This document shows, one piece after another, positions 1 to 5,753 of a stretch of DNA of 25,299 bases (position 1 is the first letter of the stretch; each line of letters begins with the position of its first letter). The notes under the pieces were generated by a model. The model had not been told where the DNA came from. It searched no databases and saw only the letters and a program-made list of their open reading frames with translations. This stretch comes from a virus (taxonomy: Duplodnaviria > Caudoviricetes). Location of the stretch: IMG/VR virus record IMGVR_UViG_3300020043_002358, positions 1 through 25,299 of that record. One strand, given 5' to 3'. The translations under genes were made by a program, and so were the position numbers.

Positions 1-39
1 GCCCCTGCTTGAGGGCATTAGATAATAGGAGGCAACAAA

Positions 40-171
40 ATGAATGATTGTAAGCACGAATTAGCGAGACGAACTAGAGTAATCCCTACCCGTGCAGGGG
101 TAGTGACAGAACAATTTCTGCTTTGCTACTACTGTTCAGAAGAGTTTGACATAGATGAGGAGGCAAAATGA
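40..171 (+). CDS. 43-aa Cys/His microprotein (MNDCKH...CYYC...EEFDIDEEAK)
   Basis: Translated by hand; AGGAGG SD at 27-32; stop overlaps next ATG (ATGA). Confidence 0.75.
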   Translation: MNDCKHELARRTRVIPTRAGVVTEQFLLCYYCSEEFDIDEEAK

Positions 172-284
172 ATACTAAATGCATACAATGTGGAAAAGAA
201 GTTGATTTGCTTGTGGCGTTCACCGCTCACAAGATTTGTGGAAAATGTACGAGGGCTAACCATAGAAAGGTGGCTGGAAAATGA
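168..284 (+). CDS. 38-aa zinc-finger microprotein (CIQC...CGKC)
   Basis: Hand translation; AGGAGG SD at 158-163; ATGA overlaps at both ends; two CxxC motifs. Confidence 0.8.
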   Translation: MNTKCIQCGKEVDLLVAFTAHKICGKCTRANHRKVAGK

Positions 285-400
285 TACGGGTGCAGACTAA
301 AGCAAAATGTAGTGAATGTAATCGGATATTTGATTTGCTTGATGAGACACAAGCAGAGGAGTGGTATTACGGGCACGATTGTGAAGGAGGTGAGCAGTAA
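281..400 (+). CDS. 39-aa Cys-rich microprotein (CSEC...GHDC)
   Basis: Hand translation; ATGA overlap at start, TAATG overlap at end. Confidence 0.75.
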   Translation: MIRVQTKAKCSECNRIFDLLDETQAEEWYYGHDCEGGEQ

Positions 401-603
401 TGTTGGAGAACGGATTAGGTGACAGCCTATACTTTCAGATTTGGTATTCACTATCGCAAGGATTTGTGATAGATGTGTACCCTTTCGTGCAGGTACAGGT
501 AAGTAACACGCTTATCGTATCCGCTTTAGCGATGATTGTAGCGTTGCGTGTGCGTAAAGTTCTACGAGATAAGAAAGGTAACAAGTGGACAAGTTTGCGA
601 TAG
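400..603 (+). CDS. Small membrane protein
   Basis: GGAGGTG SD; hydrophobic stretch LIVSALAMIVAL followed by basic tail. Confidence 0.65.
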   Translation: MLENGLGDSLYFQIWYSLSQGFVIDVYPFVQVQVSNTLIVSALAMIVALRVRKVLRDKKGNKWTSLR

Positions 604-770
604 TCGTGGCTATGGGTGAGTACACACTCACTCATACGGGCGGTGAGTTAGGTGAGGTTAGGTTGCGTGACGAGTGGCTGGATTATGTTATCGTGCGTGA
701 CGATACTACGGTAACCGATTTGGTTGCTGGATTACGGGAAGCAATAGTGAAAGATAAGGAGACAAGATGA
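585..770 (+). CDS. Hypothetical early protein (GTG start)
   Basis: ORF track; AAGGT SD; ends KETR across next RBS. Confidence 0.7.
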   Translation: MDKFAIVVAMGEYTLTHTGGELGEVRLRDEWLDYVIVRDDTTVTDLVAGLREAIVKDKETR

Positions 771-955
771 TGTTTGACAATAGCACAAGATTAGTGAACG
801 CTAATCATAAGGTGAACAGCAAAGCAGATGAATTATCAAGAGCACTAAATAGATTAGGTAGCCCTAGAGAAGGTGCTGGTGATTTTGATTTGGTTATCAA
901 GATTATCGGCGAGTTGCTTGTGGCTAAAGCGGAGCGTGACCAATGGCAAGATTAG
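767..955 (+). CDS. Hypothetical early protein
   Basis: AGGAGACAA RBS; ATGA overlap. Confidence 0.75.
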   Translation: MMFDNSTRLVNANHKVNSKADELSRALNRLGSPREGAGDFDLVIKIIGELLVAKAERDQWQD

Positions 956-1125
956 GAGAAGCATACACACTCCTCTTGTGGGAGTTTTCAAGAGACGGCA
1001 GACAATCAGGCATAGATTATGAGGTGTTCAAAAATAATCTGATTGACGAATACAAAATAGATGAGACACAGTTGAATAGTCTTGCTGGCGAATTGCTTGC
1101 AAGGTACAGTAAGGAGACAAGATAA
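943..1125 (+). CDS. Hypothetical early protein
   Basis: GGAG SD; ends KETR; TAATG overlap with next gene. Confidence 0.7.
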   Translation: MARLGEAYTLLLWEFSRDGRQSGIDYEVFKNNLIDEYKIDETQLNSLAGELLARYSKETR

Positions 1126-1292
1126 TGTACGCTGAGCACGGATTGTGTGAAGAGACAAGAGATGAGTGCCGACCAATTCTGCTTGACGAGTTGGTGGTAG
1201 ACACAGATTGCGAAGGTTGTAATCGTTATGTGTGTTTAGATTGTGGGCAAGATGTGGATTTGGAACAACTAACAGAGGAGACAACAAAATGA
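1125..1292 (+). CDS. 55-aa acidic zinc-binding microprotein (CEGC-x4-CLDC)
   Basis: Hand translation; AGGAGACAA RBS at 1112-1120; overlaps at both ends. Confidence 0.8.
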   Translation: MYAEHGLCEETRDECRPILLDELVVDTDCEGCNRYVCLDCGQDVDLEQLTEETTK

Positions 1293-1423
1293 AAATAAGT
1301 CAGGATAGTTTTTATTGGTCAGAGTTGGCTGAACTAACTCACGATACGCAGGTGCAGATTTTCGGTTGGTGTGCTTGTGAGGATAGTGACAAGGTGTATG
1401 CCGATTGTCCAGACACGCCGTGA
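1289..1423 (+). CDS. 44-aa Cys-containing microprotein (MKISQDSFYW...WCACED...DCP)
   Basis: Start moved from 1232 to ATG 1289 behind AGGAGACAA RBS. Confidence 0.75.
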   Translation: MKISQDSFYWSELAELTHDTQVQIFGWCACEDSDKVYADCPDTP

Positions 1424-1481
1424 TTTGACAAATGAAAACAAGTAATGTAGAAAAGGTTTGTGGCTAGAAGGTCTAGGCACA
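1412..1481 (+). promoter_or_regulatory. Putative sigma70-type early promoter with upstream GACACGCCG box and 5' stem-loop
   Basis: TTGACA 1425-1430, 17-bp spacer, weak -10 TAGAAA 1448-1453; hairpin TGTG-g-CTAGA-agg-TCTAG-g-CACA 1459-1481; only real intergenic gap in the early region. Confidence 0.55.
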
Positions 1482-1505
1482 GAAGATAAAAGGAGACAAA
1501 ACAAA

Positions 1506-1754
1506 ATGAGTGACATAACAAAAGTAGAAAAGCAAATAGGTTACTTACAACTATTGAAAGAAGAACAAGACATTATCTGTTTTGTTTGGGTAAAAGAAGA
1601 CGCAGAACAAATCACAGAACAATCTCTTACAGATGAAGAGTGGTCTAACCTTGCGTACACTATTACCCGTAAAGCAGATTGGATTTACAACGAGATGGCA
1701 GAAGAGATTACTGAAAGACTACAACTAATGAGAGAAGAGAAGGAGACAAAGTAA
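1506..1754 (+). CDS. Hypothetical protein, LTDE(E/Q)W paralog 1
   Basis: Start moved to ATG 1506 behind AGGAGACAA; similar to next gene. Confidence 0.8.
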   Translation: MSDITKVEKQIGYLQLLKEEQDIICFVWVKEDAEQITEQSLTDEEWSNLAYTITRKADWIYNEMAEEITERLQLMREEKETK

Positions 1755-1981
1755 TGAAAGCACAAGACGCAATCAAATGGCTAAGCGAGTATGACCCTGA
1801 ACAGGAAATCATTATCGCTTGGTGGGATAAAGAAACTACGGGATACGATTTGACAGATGAACAATGGGCAACTGTCATTGAGGAAGTAGATAAGAGAGCA
1901 TGGTGTTGGGAAGCAGTAACTGACGCTATTGACGATAGTGTTGGAGAGTTAGAGAACAATACAGATGAGGAGACAAACTAA
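1754..1981 (+). CDS. Hypothetical protein, LTDE(E/Q)W paralog 2
   Basis: AGGAGACAA RBS; TAATG overlaps. Confidence 0.8.
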   Translation: MKAQDAIKWLSEYDPEQEIIIAWWDKETTGYDLTDEQWATVIEEVDKRAWCWEAVTDAIDDSVGELENNTDEETN

Positions 1982-2172
1982 TGAGCAAAGATACAAGCAG
2001 AGAGCCAATAGTAACTATTACTTGGTGTGCATTGGACTTGATGAACGAGTACGGATACTCAGAGGAAAAGGCAACTGAGGTGCTAGAAAACATAGCCTCT
2101 TCTTTAGAGGATAGAAGTATTGAACTTGGTTGGCAAGTTATTGAAACGCTTATTTCTGAAGAGGAAGAATAG
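1981..2172 (+). CDS. Hypothetical acidic protein
   Basis: AGGAGACAA RBS; TAATG overlap. Confidence 0.8.
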   Translation: MSKDTSREPIVTITWCALDLMNEYGYSEEKATEVLENIASSLEDRSIELGWQVIETLISEEEE

Positions 2173-2180
2173 GAAAAGAA

Positions 2181-2444
2181 ATGAACAAGACAGAACAACT
2201 ACTAAATCAAGCAACTGTGTTACTGGATAATCAGATGAACTTGATTGAACAACTTAGAGCAATACGGATAGATAAAGGATTTACTCAGGAAGAAGTTGGT
2301 GAGCGTATGGGCGTTACGAAACAAAAGGTTGTACGCTTTGAAACAGTATCGGATACTGTAACTCTTTCTATGCTTAGGCGTTACGCTTTAGCGATTGGGG
2401 TAACTATCAACTTTCAAGTAACTAATAATAAGGAGAACAACTAA
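2181..2444 (+). CDS. XRE/Cro-like helix-turn-helix DNA-binding protein
   Basis: LRAIRIDKGFTQEEVGERMGVTKQKVVRFE...TLSMLRRYALAIG is a classic HTH_3 pattern. Confidence 0.9.
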   Translation: MNKTEQLLNQATVLLDNQMNLIEQLRAIRIDKGFTQEEVGERMGVTKQKVVRFETVSDTVTLSMLRRYALAIGVTINFQVTNNKENN

Positions 2445-2644
2445 TGATGGGTAGATACGATACACAAAAGAAATGGGAACAACTAGCAAGAGATTACACA
2501 CAACTAGCGTATGGACATAAGAAGTTTACGCAGGCTGTGCAGTTAGGTATGGCAATGGCAACACTAACAGAGGAGCAAATGCTGTCTCTTGTTGAAACAA
2601 CTGAACGCTGGCTGGAACAAGCAAAGGAGAAGAACAATGTTTAG
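2444..2644 (+). CDS. Hypothetical protein
   Basis: AGGAG SD; TAATG overlap. Confidence 0.75.
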   Translation: MMGRYDTQKKWEQLARDYTQLAYGHKKFTQAVQLGMAMATLTEEQMLSLVETTERWLEQAKEKNNV

Positions 2645-2783
2645 TATTGCAGAGGTGGATACTATCCTTGTAGCGTTGAAGTATTACGCTGACAATGGTG
2701 GAGATAAGGAAACGATTGACGGGTTGAACGAGAAGTTCAATGCGTGGCTTGTGTGGACATCTATTGTAGGAGAAGAACAATGA
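2637..2783 (+). CDS. Hypothetical 48-aa protein (MFSIAEVDT...)
   Basis: Start moved to ATG 2637 behind AGGAGAAGAACA. Confidence 0.7.
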   Translation: MFSIAEVDTILVALKYYADNGGDKETIDGLNEKFNAWLVWTSIVGEEQ

Positions 2784-2905
2784 AATGTCAGGGCTGTAAT
2801 GTAACCTTTGAAGCAGTTGATGAAATAGAACTATGCCACTACTGTTATTGCAATGAGGCACAGGATAAAACAAGTCCATTACATTTACTGTTAGGAGTAT
2901 CGTAA
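2780..2905 (+). CDS. 41-aa zinc-finger microprotein (CQGC...CHYC)
   Basis: Hand translation; AGGAG SD; ATGA overlap; two CxxC. Confidence 0.8.
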   Translation: MKCQGCNVTFEAVDEIELCHYCYCNEAQDKTSPLHLLLGVS

Positions 2906-2907
2906 TT

Positions 2908-3105
2908 ATGAGAGTGTTAGCAACTAAAGCAAAATACTATGATGTGTATGAGGTGCGAGAAACAATCGCAGAACTCAACAACATACCTGTTGAAGATGTG
3001 CTGGAAGAAGAAGCAATTAGTTTGATTTGGAAGTTTGTTGCTGAGGATTTTGGTGACCTTGACAATGTTGAGTTGGTTGATGATGAAGGGAACTTTGTAA
3101 GATAA
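2908..3105 (+). CDS. Hypothetical acidic protein
   Basis: AGGAG SD; ORF track. Confidence 0.75.
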   Translation: MRVLATKAKYYDVYEVRETIAELNNIPVEDVLEEEAISLIWKFVAEDFGDLDNVELVDDEGNFVR

Positions 3106-3263
3106 TGGATAAGGAACAGATAACACAGGAACTGATTGCTTACACAAAAGAAATGGCTGGAGATTATTACCACTCATACCTTTCAGGTATGCTGTTTGCA
3201 ATCCTTACTGATGAACAATGGAAGTATCTTGAAAACAAAATCTTGAAGGATGTGTTGCTATGA
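3105..3263 (+). CDS. 52-aa hypothetical protein (contains LTDEQW)
   Basis: Hand translation; TAATG and ATGA overlaps. Confidence 0.7.
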   Translation: MDKEQITQELIAYTKEMAGDYYHSYLSGMLFAILTDEQWKYLENKILKDVLL

Positions 3264-3406
3264 TAGTTTGCAAAAAGTGTGATGATGTTCTCTACACCAA
3301 CACAATGCCTGAAGGTTCAGACGAAATAGTGTATGTGCTATGCGAGAGTTGTTCACGCTCATACACAATGACAATCACAATCACAGAGGAGATAATCCTA
3401 GTATGA
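3260..3406 (+). CDS. 48-aa zinc-ribbon microprotein (CKKC...CESC)
   Basis: Hand translation; ATGA overlaps at both ends. Confidence 0.75.
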   Translation: MIVCKKCDDVLYTNTMPEGSDEIVYVLCESCSRSYTMTITITEEIILV

Positions 3407-3729
3407 GAAAACCAATAGAAGATTTCTTGGAAGCGTTTAAACAGCGTCTCTCTAGGGATTGGATACAGCAGGCGAACTGTGCAGAAATGTGGGAAGAGTT
3501 TGACATAGATGAGGACAAGGAAAGTGATGTGTCTATCTACAAGCGTAGGACTTTACAGAAGATTTGTGACGCTTGCCCTGTCAAACAAGAATGTTTAGAT
3601 GACGCATTGTTCTACTCTGAGGAATACACTTTCCGTGCAGGAATGATGCCTAGTGAACGCAAAAGGTTGATGACAGAGTTAGGTATCCCTACTTGGGAAC
3701 AGAAACAGAAAGCGTTACGCAATGGTTGA
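3403..3729 (+). CDS. whiB: WhiB-family Fe-S transcription factor
   Basis: DW...ANC...ICDACPVKQECLDDAL...AGMMPSERKRL (four Cys); start moved to ATG 3403 behind GAGGAG. Confidence 0.9.
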   Translation: MRKPIEDFLEAFKQRLSRDWIQQANCAEMWEEFDIDEDKESDVSIYKRRTLQKICDACPVKQECLDDALFYSEEYTFRAGMMPSERKRLMTELGIPTWEQKQKALRNG

Positions 3730-3832
3730 AACAATACTTGTAGGATTTATTGTATGGTTTGCAGGTAAATGGATTATCTCTGAACGGGAAGCACGATACT
3801 ACAAGAAACTTGTGCAACGGAAGATAAAATGA
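3722..3832 (+). CDS. 36-aa single-pass membrane protein
   Basis: Hand translation MVETILVGFIVWFAGKW...; fills the gap with overlaps. Confidence 0.6.
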   Translation: MVETILVGFIVWFAGKWIISEREARYYKKLVQRKIK

Positions 3833-4134
3833 GAAGCAGAAAGAAAGAAGTTCAGGAACTTGTCACGATACTGGATAATCCACACGATAGTGTGGAAGAT
3901 TTAGCCGAAGAGATTTGGGTGAAGGTTGATGAGTTCCGTAGGGTAAGGGAAGCGTGGGCTGTGATTGTGAGACAAGAACAACTCATCTTCCTTTACGGAC
4001 TGTACGATACTGAGAACTCTGCCCGTAAAGATTTGGAAAAATACAGGGCAGTAACCAAAAACAATCAGGCTATGATTACTAAAGTGTTATCCCCTTCCGC
4101 CCTATGGGGCGGAGAGTTATTGGATTATAAATAA
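3829..4134 (+). CDS. Hypothetical protein
   Basis: ORF track; ATGA overlap; last gene before the intergenic region. Confidence 0.8.
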   Translation: MRSRKKEVQELVTILDNPHDSVEDLAEEIWVKVDEFRRVREAWAVIVRQEQLIFLYGLYDTENSARKDLEKYRAVTKNNQAMITKVLSPSALWGGELLDYK

Positions 4135-4194
4135 CCATAACTGGTGAACAGTATTATACTGGAAAAATTGTTTGAAGAAAGGATTTGGTCTTGC

Positions 4195-4250
4195 GACACG
4201 CCGAACAATTTGAAAAAGAATTGTGTCACCTAGTGTGGTACAATAATCCT
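4195..4250 (+). promoter_or_regulatory. Putative extended -10 promoter for the candidate sRNA and replication operon, with GACACGCCG box
   Basis: TGgTACAAT 4236-4244; GACACGCCG 4195-4203; no correctly spaced -35. Confidence 0.65.
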
Positions 4251-4335
4251 GTCGGGATTTGTCTCCCCTGACAGGCTTGGGTGGGTTGAACTCCTTGACG
4301 GATTGTCTCCCCTGATAGTAGAGTTCCCCACCCAA
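4248..4335 (+). ncRNA. Candidate two-hairpin anti-RBS small RNA or leader with UUGUCUCC loops
   Basis: Stem 1 CCTGTCGGG/CCTGACAGG (4248-4256 with 4267-4275); stem 2 TTGGGTGGG/CCCACCCAA plus GAACTC/GAGTTC; TTGTCTCCCCTGA repeated at 4259-4271 and 4303-4315; complementary to phage RBS motif. Confidence 0.7.
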
Positions 4336-4370
4336 TAGGTTTGAATAACTAAAAGCGAAAGGAAAAGCAA

Positions 4371-4586
4371 GTGAGCAAGTTGATGATAGACGGGTACGAG
4401 TTACCCGACTATGCTTCCTACTCTAGCCTTACAACGTGGCTGGATTGTGGGTGGCAGTATGTACTAACAAGGGCAGTGAAAGTTCCTGAACTACCTGCGT
4501 GGTACTTTATCGGTGGCACAACTCTCCATGAGGTGACGGAACACTTGGATAACGAGTGGTTCAACAAACAGAGAGGAGAAGCGTGA
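4371..4586 (+). CDS. N-terminal part of split Cas4/AddB-like PD-(D/E)XK exonuclease
   Basis: SYSSLTTWLDCGWQY...GTTLHEVTE matches the N-terminal motif of RecB/Cas4-like nucleases; GAAAGGA SD, GTG start. Confidence 0.8.
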   Translation: MSKLMIDGYELPDYASYSSLTTWLDCGWQYVLTRAVKVPELPAWYFIGGTTLHEVTEHLDNEWFNKQRGEA

Positions 4587-5242
4587 ACATAGAAAACCTA
4601 TGGTCAGATACCTTCAATGCCCTAAAGTATGCTCAGATTGAAGCACAGGGCTTTACAGAGGCACAAGTACGCACCTCTGGTAGGGCAACGAAGGAGTATC
4701 CAAACAAGGAGAACGACACTTGGTGGATGGCTAACGGAACTAAGATGGTTGAGTCTTGGGTACGCTGGCGTGACAACTCAGGTTGGGGAATAGCCGACAT
4801 GGGTCAAGGCAACCCTGGAATTGAGTTGCCTATCACCATCAGTCTTGGTGGTGTTGATGTGAAGATGGTGATTGACAGGGTGATGTTTAAACCATCTGAG
4901 ACTGGTGTTCTAACCCGTGAGGACTACATTGTGTTAGACCTCAAGACAGGACGCTATGCACCTAAGTCTGAAATGCAGTTGGCTTTGTATGCGACAGGCA
5001 TTGAGATGGTGTACGGGTTCAGACCTAAGTGGGGTACATACTGGATGGCAAGGGAAGGGCAACCTTCACCCATGCTAGACCTAGATAAGTATCCGACTAG
5101 CATGTTTGAGGACTTGTTCTCTAAGTTCCAGACAGCGAGAGAGAACGGCGTGTTTCTGCCCAATCTCAACCACTGTTCAATGTGCAGTGTGATAGACTAT
5201 TGTAAATACAAACAACCAACTCTTTGGGAGATAAAGAAATGA
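4583..5242 (+). CDS. C-terminal catalytic part of PD-(D/E)XK exonuclease
   Basis: E...IDRV...DLKTG...QLALYA and C-terminal CSMC-x5-C; start moved to GTG 4583 (AGGAG SD, GTGA overlap). Confidence 0.85.
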   Translation: MNIENLWSDTFNALKYAQIEAQGFTEAQVRTSGRATKEYPNKENDTWWMANGTKMVESWVRWRDNSGWGIADMGQGNPGIELPITISLGGVDVKMVIDRVMFKPSETGVLTREDYIVLDLKTGRYAPKSEMQLALYATGIEMVYGFRPKWGTYWMAREGQPSPMLDLDKYPTSMFEDLFSKFQTARENGVFLPNLNHCSMCSVIDYCKYKQPTLWEIKK

Positions 5243-5691
5243 GCAATGAATCCAACTTTTCGTACACTACGAAAATAAACAATGACCTCTTCACAGTTCG
5301 TGGTGACACCTATGATGAGTTCTTGAACAACGCTATGATGGTTGCAGGAGTTCCTGCTATCAACGCTTTACTGTCAGCACTCAACGGATTAAACCCTGTT
5401 GAAGCACAGGCAGTAGCACAAGTTCAGCAGGTTATTCCTGCTACTGTTGTGGCTACACCACAAGCAGGTGTACCTCAGCAATCGTTTGCACCAGTACCAC
5501 CTGTATCCACCCCTGCACCTGCCGTTAGCACACCTACCTGCCATCATGGTACGAAGGTTGCGAAGAAAGGTAACGGTGCTAAAGGTGAATGGCGTGGTTG
5601 GATGTGTCCAGCCCCGAAGGGCACACCTGACCAGTGCACACCACAATGGGTTGCGAAAGCAACAGCAGAGTGGGCTTCGTTCCCTGCCTAA
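5239..5691 (+). CDS. Hypothetical protein with Pro/Ala linker and C-terminal zinc ribbon (CHHG...WMCP...QC)
   Basis: Start moved to ATG 5239 (GGGAG SD, ATGA overlap); lies between nuclease and helicase. Confidence 0.75.
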   Translation: MSNESNFSYTTKINNDLFTVRGDTYDEFLNNAMMVAGVPAINALLSALNGLNPVEAQAVAQVQQVIPATVVATPQAGVPQQSFAPVPPVSTPAPAVSTPTCHHGTKVAKKGNGAKGEWRGWMCPAPKGTPDQCTPQWVAKATAEWASFPA

Positions 5692-5707
5692 TCTGACCGA
5701 GGCAATC

Positions 5708-5735
5708 ACACCTGAGCATGTGTTTAAACGGCTCA
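5708..5735 (+). promoter_or_regulatory. Putative H-type RNA pseudoknot upstream of the helicase RBS
   Basis: ACAC 5708-5711 pairs with GTGT 5720-5723; TGAGC 5713-5717 pairs with GCTCA 5731-5735. Confidence 0.45.
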
Positions 5736-5753
5736 CCAATTTTTAGGAGATAA

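Noticed and set aside
757-1976. AGGAGACAA repeats as a CRISPR array or integron attC sites
   Set aside because: Only 9-14 nt, irregularly spaced, non-palindromic and coincident with ribosome-binding sites.
4248-4335. Hairpins as a tRNA or simple terminator; ORF 4117..4335 (-)
   Set aside because: No cloverleaf, T-loop or CCA; no U-tract after either stem; the reverse ORF lacks an SD and opposes the local gene direction.
4371-5242. CRISPR-Cas system suggested by the Cas4-like nuclease
   Set aside because: No repeat-spacer array or other cas genes; stand-alone Cas4/RecB-like nucleases are ordinary phage recombination genes.
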